Positions 39,336 to 49,800 of a stretch of DNA of 64,000 nt are shown here, one piece after another. The translations under genes were made by a program, and so were the position numbers. The stretch is from Myxococcota bacterium. GTDB taxonomy: Bacteria; Myxococcota_A; SURF-8. Where the stretch lies: the NCBI GenBank assembly GCA_963674735.2, contig CAXXQS010000002.1, positions 2,144,001 through 2,208,000 on the forward strand. The letters are read 5' to 3'. The notes under the pieces were generated by a model. That model saw only the letters and a program-made list of their open reading frames with translations, made no database searches and was not told where the DNA came from. How positions within the stretch are numbered: the first letter of the stretch is position 1; each line of letters begins with the position of its first letter.

Positions 39336-40793
39336 TTATTTTTTCCAGAATTCAGGGACAAACAGAAGTAATACCGTATAGACTTCGAGTCGCCCGAGCA
39401 GCATGCAGAAAATCAGCACCCATTTCACAATGGGTTGTAATCCCGCAAAATTGTCCATCGGTCCCACAGTGCCGAGGCCGGGGCCGATATTGTTTAGGCA
39501 GGCCGCCACGGCCGATAGCGATGTGGTGAAGTCGTGACCGAAAAGGGCCATCACGACGGTGGCGAACAGGAACAGCATGACATACAGCACGAAAAACCCG
39601 ATTACCGCGTCGAGCACCGTTTCAGGCACCACCTTGCGGTTTATTTTAATGTGTTTGACCGCACGCGGGTGGATCAGGCGAAACATTTCGCGGTAGCCGT
39701 GTTTGACGAGCAACCATAGACGGATTACTTTCATTCCGCCGCCCGTGGAGCCCGCCATACCGCCAACGAACATCAGCATGAACAGAAGCAGGGGCGCCAG
39801 CGGAGCCGAGAGACTCCAAGCCTCGAAATCGGCCGAATTAAAGCCGGTGGTGGTCATGATGCTGACGACTTGGAAGGAGGCATAACGCAGGGCGGTCCAC
39901 AGGGAGTCGTAGGTGCCCGAAAAGCGCAGCAAAATCGCCATGCCAAGCGTGGCGATGAGGAGCAGCAGCGCATAAACACGGAACTCGCCGTCTTGAATAT
40001 AAGACTTCCATTTGCCGGTCAAGGTGAGGTAATGCAAAGAGAAATTGACACCTGCCAGGAACATGAACAGGGTGGTGACGCTTTCAAGGTAGACCGAATG
40101 CATGGACACGAAGCTGTCTGCCTGAGTTCCGAAGCCGCCGGTGGCCAGAGTGGTGAAGGAGTGGCAAATGGCATCGAAGCCCCCCATACCGCCCAGCATC
40201 AAGAGAACGGCTTGGCTGACGGTGATCAGCACGTAGACTTTCCATAAGAGCCAAGCGGTATCACGCACACGCGGCTGCAGTTTGTCGGTGGTGGGGCCGG
40301 GGACTTCCGCCTTGAACATCTGCATGCCGCCGACTCCGAGTAGCGGCAAAATAGCCAGCGATAACACGATGATACCCATACCGCCGAACCACTGGATGAT
40401 GCTGCGCCAGAACAGGGTGGCGCGCGGTGTGGCGGCGATGTCGGTGAGGACGGTCGATCCGGTGGTGGTGAAGCCGCTGACTGCTTCGAAATAGGCGTCG
40501 GTGAAACCGTGAAAATAACCGCCGAACCAGAAGGGCAGGGCGGCGAACAAACAGGCGCTGGCCCAGGCCAACGTGACGACGAGGAAGCCGTCGCGATGCG
40601 ACAGGTCGCTGTAGGTTTTTCGGGTGATGAGATAGGCCGAGGTGTTGACGCCCAGGGTGACGGCCAAGGCCAGGGCGAAAGCGTTGACGTCGGAGGCGCC
40701 GTCGAACAACGCGATACCCAGCGGCAAGAACATGGCTGCGCCCAAAATGGCATTCAAGGCGCTCAGCAATTTGATGATGAGTTTCCAGCGCAT
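39336..40793 (-). CDS. trkH: Trk potassium uptake permease
   Basis: SGFTTTG, WFGGMGII, ATGGF, TTTGF, GSTGGGMK, NNIGPG and LGRLE motifs. Confidence 0.96.
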   Translation of the reverse strand: MRWKLIIKLLSALNAILGAAMFLPLGIALFDGASDVNAFALALAVTLGVNTSAYLITRKTYSDLSHRDGFLVVTLAWASACLFAALPFWFGGYFHGFTDAYFEAVSGFTTTGSTVLTDIAATPRATLFWRSIIQWFGGMGIIVLSLAILPLLGVGGMQMFKAEVPGPTTDKLQPRVRDTAWLLWKVYVLITVSQAVLLMLGGMGGFDAICHSFTTLATGGFGTQADSFVSMHSVYLESVTTLFMFLAGVNFSLHYLTLTGKWKSYIQDGEFRVYALLLLIATLGMAILLRFSGTYDSLWTALRYASFQVVSIMTTTGFNSADFEAWSLSAPLAPLLLFMLMFVGGMAGSTGGGMKVIRLWLLVKHGYREMFRLIHPRAVKHIKINRKVVPETVLDAVIGFFVLYVMLFLFATVVMALFGHDFTTSLSAVAACLNNIGPGLGTVGPMDNFAGLQPIVKWVLIFCMLLGRLEVYTVLLLFVPEFWKK

Positions 40794-40799
40794 GACGAT

Positions 40800-42158
40800 C
40801 TAGAAATATTCCAGCTTGACAGCGAAAAGTTGTTCCACTTTGGCGATGGCGTTCAACTCCACGAACATGATCACCCGGTCGCCGGGTTGGATCACGGTTT
40901 CACCGCTTGGAATGATCACCTCTTCGTCGTGGACCACCGCCATGACCAATGCGCCTCGCGGAAACTTGATTTTCATCAAGGGCCGTCCGACCGCATCGGA
41001 GGTTTCCATGGCCACGAATTCGATGCCTTCGGCGCTCGTTTCGCGGATGGCTTCCACCGCCATGACACGTCCCTGGCGCAAGAACTGCAAAATCCGGCTG
41101 ACGGCGGCTAGTTGTGGCGAAACGGCGGCATCGATACCCATACTTGCCACGAGGGCGGTGTAATCGAGTCGATTGTGTAGAGTCATGGCGTAGCGCACGC
41201 CCAGCGAACGCGCCAGGAGTGAAGTAAGGATGTTGTCTTCCGAATCTTTTGAAGTCGCGATAAACACATCCATCTGTGCAATGTTTTCCTGAATCAACAG
41301 CTCGCTATCCATTCCCTCGCCTTGCAAGACCGTGGTGCGTGTGAGTTGATCGGCCAGAACCGTACAACGTGCCTCATTGGGCTCGATCAACTTGACATCG
41401 ATGCCGCGACGTTCGAGTTTGCGCGCCAAGGCCAAGCCGGTGTTACTGCCGCCGAAGATCATCACGCGTTCGACCTGCCGGGATTTTTTGCCTACCAGAC
41501 GCAGCAAATAAGGCATGTGTTCGGGGGTTGCGGTGAAATAAACGATATCACCGGCTTTCAGCGTATCTGCCCCGCGTGGAATGATAACGTCGTGCCCACG
41601 ATAAATCGCGGCCACCAGGGGCGTGTAATTGGGGACCAGCTTACCCAGACCGAACAGCTTCTGATTGTCGAGCAAGGATTGCGGCTCGACGCGGAAGGCC
41701 GCCAGCATCACTTTTCCGTTGGCGAAATGCACCAGGTCGAGAGCCTGAGGCACTTCGATCAGGCGCATGAATTTTTCGGCGGCTTCATACTCGGGGTTGA
41801 TGAAAAGATCGAACTGCAGATCCTCGAAAACTTCGGGATTGCGCAGGTAGGATGGATTGCGCACGCGCGCGACTTTGATGGAACTGGGGCTGAAGTGTCG
41901 AGCGACCATACAGGCCACCAGGTTGACTTCGTCCTGGTCGGATACGGCGATCACCATGCCCGCCTGGCTGATTCCGGCTTGTTGCAAAATGTCGGGCGAC
42001 GACCCCGAACCCACGATGAACTGGGCGTCGAGTTGTTCCTCGATCTGTGAAATCCGTTCGGGGTTGGCGTCGATGATAATGACGTCTTTGTTTTCGTGGC
42101 AGAGTTTTTCGGCGATATGGTAGCCGATTTCGCCCGCCCCGATGATGATGACTTTCAT
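40800..42158 (-). CDS. trkA: Trk potassium uptake NAD-binding subunit
   Basis: Two RCK_N (GAGEIG; GGSNTG) and two RCK_C (IIPRG, IIPSG) domains. Confidence 0.96.
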   Translation of the reverse strand: MKVIIIGAGEIGYHIAEKLCHENKDVIIIDANPERISQIEEQLDAQFIVGSGSSPDILQQAGISQAGMVIAVSDQDEVNLVACMVARHFSPSSIKVARVRNPSYLRNPEVFEDLQFDLFINPEYEAAEKFMRLIEVPQALDLVHFANGKVMLAAFRVEPQSLLDNQKLFGLGKLVPNYTPLVAAIYRGHDVIIPRGADTLKAGDIVYFTATPEHMPYLLRLVGKKSRQVERVMIFGGSNTGLALARKLERRGIDVKLIEPNEARCTVLADQLTRTTVLQGEGMDSELLIQENIAQMDVFIATSKDSEDNILTSLLARSLGVRYAMTLHNRLDYTALVASMGIDAAVSPQLAAVSRILQFLRQGRVMAVEAIRETSAEGIEFVAMETSDAVGRPLMKIKFPRGALVMAVVHDEEVIIPSGETVIQPGDRVIMFVELNAIAKVEQLFAVKLEYF

Positions 42159-42188
42159 AAGCTACTGCCTTTCGCCGATGGATTCCGA

Positions 42189-43679
42189 CTAATCGGGCAG
42201 TGTGTTGAAACGCACCAGTTCTCGGGACGCACCTTTTAACCCCCACAGGCGTTGCTGGGAAGATTGATAGGCGACGCCATCGAGGACCACGCCCTGGATG
42301 ACGTAACGAGCTTTCGGTGCGAAATTGGTTTTATCGATCTTCACGAGGGTGCTTTTGCTTGCCGTTTCCGCACGGTCGAGCAGGTAGACATCACCCTCGA
42401 TTACCACGACACCCGCCAGTTCGATGAAATCGGAGAAAAGCTCCGTCTCAAAGGTCCAACTGTCATCGGCATAGGTATAATGCGCGAGCTGTTTGGTCCC
42501 GGCTTCCGCGATCCAGTAGTCGCCGTCGAGGAACGCGATGCCTGAAAGTTGCGATCCGAGGGTGCCCGGCAGACTGATGACGGAACTGGTGACCGGGTCT
42601 TCCACGATGCGGTTGGTTTGGTCGAGATAGACCGGATCGCCGCTGTCGCTGAAGGTTACACCCCGGTATTCATCCGACAGCCCCGCTCCCAGCGGATCGC
42701 CGCTGAAAGTGACGCCCGCCAGGAAATCCCAGATGACCAGGCCGTCGTCGGCGACCAGATAGAGCTTTTGGGGGTTGCTTGTGGTACGCCAGCCGATGTC
42801 GGTAAAGGTCATAGTGACCGGACTGGCCGCCGGTACGGAAATCGTGTCGCTGGGAGTGATGTTGTAAGTTGGAACAGTGCCGTTACTGTCACCGTCACTG
42901 TCGATATCGCCATCGCTATCGCCATCCGGGTCATCGCCGTCCGGATCGTCGCCATCGCTATCGCCGTCGGGCATGGTCTGCAAGGTGATGTTATAATTGA
43001 AGGTTCCCGTATCATCGGCGTTTTTGCTGTCGAGGACAAGGTAGATGTCCTGGTCTTTTTCAGCTTCAAAAAAGACGGATTCCGCTTCATCGGCGGCGGC
43101 ATTATCAATCGCCCCATCGATGCAGGTGGCGGTGTCGTCGCAGGCGTCGAGCAGGTATACCAGTGCATCGAAACCGGTACCGGTGAAGCTGCCGAAGAGG
43201 GTGTCGCCCGCTTTCATGACCACGCGGATCACCACTTCTGGACCCAATCCCGATCCGGCGGTGGGTTCGCCGCCGTCATACTCGATATCGCCGTCGGCGA
43301 AGACGCAAGGTAGGCCGCTGACCGCACTGCCGGTTTCCGGCAGATCGTCTTCATTTTGCATGCTCGATGCGCGGCCCTCACTGTGAAGGAAGGGATCGCT
43401 GCAGGTGCCCGAACCGGTGAGGACATCGGGAACCTCTTCACTATCTCCATCGGATGGAGTGTCCCCGTCTACGGATACATCGCCATCGGGTCTAGGGGGC
43501 GCGACAATGTCGTCGCCATCGCTATCGGGGATGTTGGGATCGCTTTCAGCCGGGATGCATTCTCCGGCGAATTCCCGTTCACCTTCCGGACAGCCTCCGT
43601 CTTTGCAACTGATGGCCAGCACCGTCAACAGTCCCAGCGTGAGTACCGTTACCGTCACTCCCACGAGATAACGACGCAT
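42189..43679 (-). CDS. Acidic lipoprotein with DGD linkers, a beta-sandwich-like domain and a probable C-terminal beta-propeller
   Basis: Lipobox-like LAISC; PDGDSDGDDPDGDDPDGDSDGDIDSDGD; blade-like SGIAFLDGDYWIAE and DGVAY..RLWGL. Confidence 0.65.
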   Translation of the reverse strand: MRRYLVGVTVTVLTLGLLTVLAISCKDGGCPEGEREFAGECIPAESDPNIPDSDGDDIVAPPRPDGDVSVDGDTPSDGDSEEVPDVLTGSGTCSDPFLHSEGRASSMQNEDDLPETGSAVSGLPCVFADGDIEYDGGEPTAGSGLGPEVVIRVVMKAGDTLFGSFTGTGFDALVYLLDACDDTATCIDGAIDNAAADEAESVFFEAEKDQDIYLVLDSKNADDTGTFNYNITLQTMPDGDSDGDDPDGDDPDGDSDGDIDSDGDSNGTVPTYNITPSDTISVPAASPVTMTFTDIGWRTTSNPQKLYLVADDGLVIWDFLAGVTFSGDPLGAGLSDEYRGVTFSDSGDPVYLDQTNRIVEDPVTSSVISLPGTLGSQLSGIAFLDGDYWIAEAGTKQLAHYTYADDSWTFETELFSDFIELAGVVVIEGDVYLLDRAETASKSTLVKIDKTNFAPKARYVIQGVVLDGVAYQSSQQRLWGLKGASRELVRFNTLPD

Positions 43680-43702
43680 GGTTTCCCTCCTTGTCGTCCG
43701 TG

Positions 43703-44158
43703 TCAGCTGACGCTTAGATCGCCGGACAGTTTTTCGATGGTATCTTTGGCACGATGAACCAGTACACGCACCAGAAGCTCTTTCACTTTCGGATAGCGGT
43801 TCAAAATCTCGGTGATACCAGGCTCCTGGAATTTCACCAGGGTGGAATCTTCCGTGGTTGTGACGGTCGCCGTGCGCGGTTCACCCGTGAGCAGCGCCAC
43901 TTCACCCAGTACCGCACCACGGCCCAAATTGGCCAGATTGACCGTTTTGCCATCCTTCGCTGCAGACACTTTCACCGAACCCTTGATCAGGATGTAGAAG
44001 GAATCTCCTTCGGTGTTTTCTTCGATGATGGTTGTACCGGCCGGATAGGCCATGGCTTTACCAAGCGCCTCCAACTCATTACGTCCGCCTTCATCGAGAG
44101 TTTTGAATAAATGCGAACGTTCCAGCAACTGTCGGACCAGGGTGCTGCCATCTGCCAT
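43703..44158 (-). CDS. Stand-alone cyclic-nucleotide-binding domain protein
   Basis: FYILIKGSVKV and GEVALLTGEPRTATV phosphate-binding cassette; no HTH. Confidence 0.9.
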   Translation of the reverse strand: MADGSTLVRQLLERSHLFKTLDEGGRNELEALGKAMAYPAGTTIIEENTEGDSFYILIKGSVKVSAAKDGKTVNLANLGRGAVLGEVALLTGEPRTATVTTTEDSTLVKFQEPGITEILNRYPKVKELLVRVLVHRAKDTIEKLSGDLSVS

Positions 44159-44205
44159 GTCACCACCTCCGCCTGTGAGGGTTCGGGCCTGCTGCGGCAG
44201 ACCAT

Positions 44206-45399
44206 TTAACGTGTTTGCTCAACTGCCTTTTTTACCCGTGCGAGGCCGTCTTCGATGCGGTCGAGGCCGCAGGCGAAGGAAAAGCGCAGAAAACCGGGCG
44301 CGCCGAATGGGGAACCCGGCACACAGGCTGTCTGGGCGGCGTCGAGCAAGTATTCCGCCCATTCCATATCGCCGTCCAGCGCCTTGCCCTCGGTTTTTCG
44401 ATCGAGCAAGCCGCGCCAGTCGGCAAAACAGTAAAAAGCGCCCGGCGGCGATTCGCAGCGGACACCTTCGATATTATTGAGCAATTCCACCATACGGTCG
44501 CGGCGCGTCTGAAAGGCGGCAACCCATTCCCCAAGTTGGGGTAGGGGTTGTCCGAGGGCTTCGACGGCGGCATACTGGGCAATCGAGGTGGGATGGCTGG
44601 TCATCTGACCTTGCAGGCGGGTGACAGCCTTGGCCAATTCCGGTTCGGCGGCCAGATAGCCGATACGCCAGCCGGTCATGGAGGCGCATTTGGAAACGCC
44701 GTTCGTGACGATGCATTGCGTGCGTACCGCATCGGATATTTGCGACAGCGAGACGAATTCCCGGCTGTCGTAGATCAGTTTCTCGTAAATATCGTCGCAA
44801 ATAACCATCAAGCCGGCTTCCAACACCACCTCGGCCAGGGCTTCCATCTCGGCACGGCTGTAAAGCTGGCCGGTGGGGTTGGACGGGCTGTTGAGAATGA
44901 GTACACGAGAGCGCGGGGTGAGGGCTTGTCTCAGATCGTCGGGAGTCATGCGGAAACCATTTTCAGGCGTGGTTTCCACAATCACCGGCACACCGTCGCA
45001 CAATTCGACCTGGGGCGGGTAGCTTACCCAATAAGGCGCCGGAATCAGAACCTCGTCGCCGGGATCGACCAAGGCGGCCAGAGCCAGATAAATGCTGTGT
45101 TTGGCACCGCAGGATACCACGACCTGTTCAGGTAAAACGCTGAAGCCGTAATCTTCTTTGAAGCGTTTGCAAATGGCTGCACGTAGCTCCGGGATGCCCG
45201 GAGTCGGAGTATATTTGGTGAATCCGTTGGCTATAGCCTGTCGAGCCGCCTCACAAATGGGTTCGGGTGTGGGGAAATCCGGCTCTCCGGCAGAAAAATT
45301 GACGACATCGATGCCGTCGGCACGCATGCTTTTCGCTTTGGTGCTGACGGCCAGAGTCGCGGAAGGCTGCACGCGTCGGGCGCGTTGGCTCAGCTTCAT
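44206..45399 (-). CDS. aspC: Aspartate aminotransferase (class I PLP)
   Basis: AGEPDF, PYWVSY, NSPSNPTG, DDIYE and SKCASMTGWRIGY motifs. Confidence 0.88.
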   Translation of the reverse strand: MKLSQRARRVQPSATLAVSTKAKSMRADGIDVVNFSAGEPDFPTPEPICEAARQAIANGFTKYTPTPGIPELRAAICKRFKEDYGFSVLPEQVVVSCGAKHSIYLALAALVDPGDEVLIPAPYWVSYPPQVELCDGVPVIVETTPENGFRMTPDDLRQALTPRSRVLILNSPSNPTGQLYSRAEMEALAEVVLEAGLMVICDDIYEKLIYDSREFVSLSQISDAVRTQCIVTNGVSKCASMTGWRIGYLAAEPELAKAVTRLQGQMTSHPTSIAQYAAVEALGQPLPQLGEWVAAFQTRRDRMVELLNNIEGVRCESPPGAFYCFADWRGLLDRKTEGKALDGDMEWAEYLLDAAQTACVPGSPFGAPGFLRFSFACGLDRIEDGLARVKKAVEQTR

Positions 45400-45446
45400 G
45401 GTAAATCCTTTCCGGATCGTAACCGACTGTCGGTCAACTCATTGAA

Positions 45447-45947
45447 TCAACGACTGAATTTCTTTGTCAGTTCCTTCACGACATACGGAGGAACCAAGCC
45501 TTTTACGCAGCCGCCCAGTGAGAAGACTTCTTTGACTGTCTGGGAGCTGATGTAGTAATTGGCCTCGTCGGTCATCATGAACATCATTTCCACATCGGGG
45601 CAGAGCTTGCGGTTCATGCTGGCCATCTGAAATTCGTATTCGAAATCGCTGACAGCACGGAGTCCACGCACGATCACCTTTGCCTTTTTTTTCAAAGCAT
45701 ATTCGATCGTTAGCCCCGTAAAGTGTTCCGCTTTCACCCGCTTGGCATCTTCGGGTGGCAATTCTCGTTGGACCACCTTCTGAATCATTTTCACCCGTTC
45801 TTCGGGAGAAAAAAGCGGCTGTTTTTTACTGTTCACCGCTACGGAGACAATCACACGGTTGAAAATGTTGAGCGACCGTTTGATGATATCCAGGTGCCCA
45901 TTGGTCAAAGGATCGAAACTTCCAGGGTAGATGCAGGTTCTTACCAT
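45447..45947 (-). CDS. coaD: Phosphopantetheine adenylyltransferase
   Basis: YPGSFDPLTNGHLDII and VRGLRAVSDFEYEFQMA motifs; start MVRTC at 45947. Confidence 0.97.
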   Translation of the reverse strand: MVRTCIYPGSFDPLTNGHLDIIKRSLNIFNRVIVSVAVNSKKQPLFSPEERVKMIQKVVQRELPPEDAKRVKAEHFTGLTIEYALKKKAKVIVRGLRAVSDFEYEFQMASMNRKLCPDVEMMFMMTDEANYYISSQTVKEVFSLGGCVKGLVPPYVVKELTKKFSR

Positions 45948-45967
45948 CCGTTTCCTCGTCGCGTAAA

Positions 45968-46519
45968 TCAGCGTTTCAGTTCGAGAATTCGCAGGATCGT
46001 ATGTCCATATCGGCGATGGTCGATCATCGTCCAGAAACCATCCGGTATTTCCGGCGCATTTTCCGCCGGGCACTCCCATATGAGGCGCGCCTGGTCGGTC
46101 AGTATGTCGTGCCACAGGGGCTGGGTTAAAAGAGCCTCTGTGTCGTAGCGCCGGTAAGGTGGATCGAGAAATGCCAGATCGAAGCGTAAATCCGCCGTTT
46201 TGGCGTGCGCCAGTGCGCGCCCGGCATCCTGTTTCCACATTTGCGACTGCGTTTCGACCTTCAATAACTCGACATTGCGTCGCACCAAGCCCAACGCGTC
46301 CGTACTTACATCGACGAAAAGCGCCTGTTGTGCTCCACGGCTCAAAGCTTCCAAACCCAACGCACCCGTCCCCGCAAACAAATCCAACACCGTTAATCCG
46401 GCAAGTGGACCAAGCAGGTTGAACAGCGCTTCGCGCACCCGGTCGGAGGTGGGGCGTATGCTATCACCTTTCGGCTGAAACAGCTTTCGCCCGCGCGCCG
46501 CACCCGCAATGATTCGCAC
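45968..46519 (-). CDS. rsmD: 16S rRNA m2G966 methyltransferase
   Basis: MRIIAG, RPTSDRVREALFN, LDLFAGTGALGLEALSRGA and DPPY motifs. Confidence 0.96.
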   Translation of the reverse strand: MRIIAGAARGRKLFQPKGDSIRPTSDRVREALFNLLGPLAGLTVLDLFAGTGALGLEALSRGAQQALFVDVSTDALGLVRRNVELLKVETQSQMWKQDAGRALAHAKTADLRFDLAFLDPPYRRYDTEALLTQPLWHDILTDQARLIWECPAENAPEIPDGFWTMIDHRRYGHTILRILELKR

Positions 46520-46877
46520 GGTCTTTCCTCCAATACCAGATTCACCGTCGAATGGGACGAGAATTCACTAAATCACATCTTTCTAGCATAGGTGCCGGGT
46601 GAGTGTCAATGTACAGCACAATCCATGGCAAACCGGCAATATTATTAGCTAAATATTTTCGCCCAATGTCCGTCTTAATAAGTGGAGCTAAAATAACGAT
46701 AAAATATTCGGAAGCGTGCAATGCGATTGACCCGGTATTGCCGGGAATGGTAAAATGCAGGTGCTGAGGGAAGCAGTAAAAACATGAGTCTGGAGTTTCA
46801 CCGAGATACCCATGGGCCGGGGTGTTGAGGTGGAGTTGTATTTTTTGGAAAAGTCAACGCTTCGTGAGGAGGAGACC

Positions 46878-49800
46878 ATGGTGTCTCGTACAAAGATGTT
46901 CAGGCAGGATTTTTTGTGGGTCATTCTGAGTTTCTTGATGACCTTGATTCTGGCCTCTTGTGGCGACAACGGTCCAATCGGCGGAGAATTCGGCGATGAT
47001 GACTCGAATGCAGGGAAGACCTGCGACAGCGCCGATGATTGCGGAGACGGTTATCTCTGTGTCGACAACCGTTGTGTCAACATCGGCGATGGCGACATCG
47101 ACCCCGACAGCAAAATTCTCTGCGATAATGAGGAAGACTGTCCGCTCGGTTTCTACTGCGGCGACGATGGCGAGTGCCATTTGAAAGACACGTTTTCCTG
47201 CACGGATGGCGAATGCCCGGTCGGTTTCACCTGTATCGAAGATCAGTGCATCGAAACCGGCGAAACCTATCCTTGTGCGACCAGTGATGATTGCCCTCCC
47301 GGGTCGATCTGTCGAAATGGTTGGTGTTGGGGCGTTCCCATCGACGGCGATTCCGATAGTTCGGAAGACTCGGATAGCGATCAGTCTTTCGGACCGCAGA
47401 TCAGTGTACTGGATACCATCGATTTCGGCGCCGTTCCGTTGAATATGCGTGTGGTGCGCACCCTGCAAATCGTTTCGGTGGGTACCGAATCCTTGATGGT
47501 TTACAGCGTCATCCTCGATGGCTCCTCGGACGATGATTATCGGATCCTGAACGCCCCGAGTACGACCCAGGAACTGGCGCCGGGCGATACCCTCGATATC
47601 GTTATCGAGTTGATTCCCGAGATACCGGGACGGCGCGTGGGTAAGATCATCGTGACCTCCAACGATGTGGAAACCAACACCGTCGAGGTACAGCTGACCA
47701 GCCAGTATAAAGGCGAAGCGAATATCGTGGCCGATCCGATGGAAGTGGAATTCGGTCAGGCCGTCCTGAATGGGGCTGCCGTCCGGCGCGAAGTGGTTAT
47801 CAAGAACCAGCCGCCGGATACGGAATCCAACCGTGTTTTGGAAATATACAGCATCACCCTCGGTACACCTGCGAATCCGAACTTCACCATCGAGCTCGAA
47901 GCCTCCGATTTTCCCATCATTATCGGCCCGGGTGACGCCAATGCCTTTACCTTCTCCATTCTCTTTCACCCGACGACCGTAGACGCTCACAGCGAAGTGG
48001 CCGTCATCGCCAATTCGGATCCGCAAGAAGAAGATCGGGAAATCCAGGTGGTGCTATCGGGTGAAGGTGTGGTGCCGCAACTGGAAGTGACTCCCATCGG
48101 TACGATCAATTTCGGGTTGGTTTCGCTCGAAAGTACGGAAAGTCGCGAAATCGTCCTGACCAACATCGGTGGCGCACCCCTGAATATCGAGGACGTGCGT
48201 TTTTACGATCCCATCGACGAGACTTTCTCCCTGGAAGCCGATTCCGCGATCGGTGAAGAGCTGACTTCCGGTGGGAGTGCGATCGTGACGGTGAGTTATG
48301 CGCCGACCGATACGGTGAGTAATGTGACGAATCTGCTTATTGCCAGCAATTCATATAATAGCGCCGAGCGTATCATTCGCGTGGATGGTCGGGGTATCGA
48401 ATCGGATATCCGTGCGGTGCCGCCCTACCTGGACTTCCAAGATGTTCCCGTGGGTGCGAGCAAGGATTTGTCGGTGAGTATTCGCAATGAAGGCGACGAT
48501 GCCCTTAATGTGACGGCCATCCAGGCAGAAGTCGAGCTGGCCGAATTTACGCTGGTCAACGTCGATGATATCCCCCTGCACCTCGAACCGGGCCAGGCGA
48601 GTTCCCTGACCTTCCGCTATCAGCCTGAAGATGAAGGGCCCGATGCCGGTGACTTGGTTCTGACGGTCAGTCTCGGATCGGGCAGCTATGAGTTGCCGGT
48701 TTCGGGGCGTGGCGTCATGCCGCATCTGATCTGGGAGCCGACCGGGCAAGACGTCGCTTTCGGCGATGTGATTGTGGGGTCGAGCCGCACCTTACAGCTC
48801 ACCTTGCGAAATACCGGTTTGAGCGATCTTGAAATTTTCAATGTGCGCATGGACCCCGATCCGCAGAACAACTTTGCCGTTCTTCCCACCGACGACGCCA
48901 TGGTGATTCCGGGGGGGGAATACGTGTTGAGCCTGCGTTACGCCCCACCTTTTGGCGCGACGGTAGGACCGGAAACCCAGCACCTCACTTTCAACACCAA
49001 TGACGTCGATTTCCCCGAAGTTGTTTTCAACCTCAGTGGCGCCGTGGTGGACCCGCAGTTGACTCTTGATCCGTCGGATAGTCCATACGATTTCGGTGAA
49101 GTCGATGTGGGAACGGAAAAAACGGTCGTGTTTATCGTGTCCAACAGCGGTAGCGGTACCCTCGAAATCGGCGGCATCGGCATGCCGCCCTCCAGCGAGC
49201 AGAACGGATATACCCTCAACGTCGATCCGGCCGATTTTCCGGTGCTTTTAGAGCCTGGAAGCCGGGCCACCCAATACGCCTTTAGCATTACCTTCTCGCC
49301 TCCCGGTTACAGCGTGCTAAACGGGGAAGTGACACTCTTCTCCAACGACAGCCGCCACCCCGACGGCTATGTTCTCAGTCTGACCGGCGAAGGAACCGGT
49401 TGCGGCGAGGGATATCATCGTTGCGAAGTGTGTGAAGGCCAGGAATGCGAAGATCTCTGTGTACCGGACAATTCGGTTGAAAGTTGTGGAACTCGATGCG
49501 AGTCCTGTCCCGAACCTGATTTCTCGCAGGCCCTGTGTGTCTGGAGCGAGGATGAGGGGCAGTATGCCTGCGATTTCCAGTGCGATCCCAATTACGTTCC
49601 CTACGAAGGGGTCTGCAAGCAGGCCGGTCAGCCCGACTGTTGCGGTGATGCCTGTCTCGTGTGTCCCGATCCGCCCGACAATGCCAGCACTCAATGCCTT
49701 GACGGCGAGTGCGTGTTCGTCTGTGACAACACGTGGCATCTATGCGCCGACAATCAGTGCTACCCCGACAGCGATGTCACGCATTGCGGTGAGGACTGCA

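Noticed and set aside
46520-46877. Riboswitch (c-di-GMP-I) upstream of the giant lipoprotein, prompted by GGCAAACC near 46627
   Set aside because: The expected GNRA-capped stem and downstream GCAAAG/P2 elements are not visible; an Infernal/Rfam scan would settle it.
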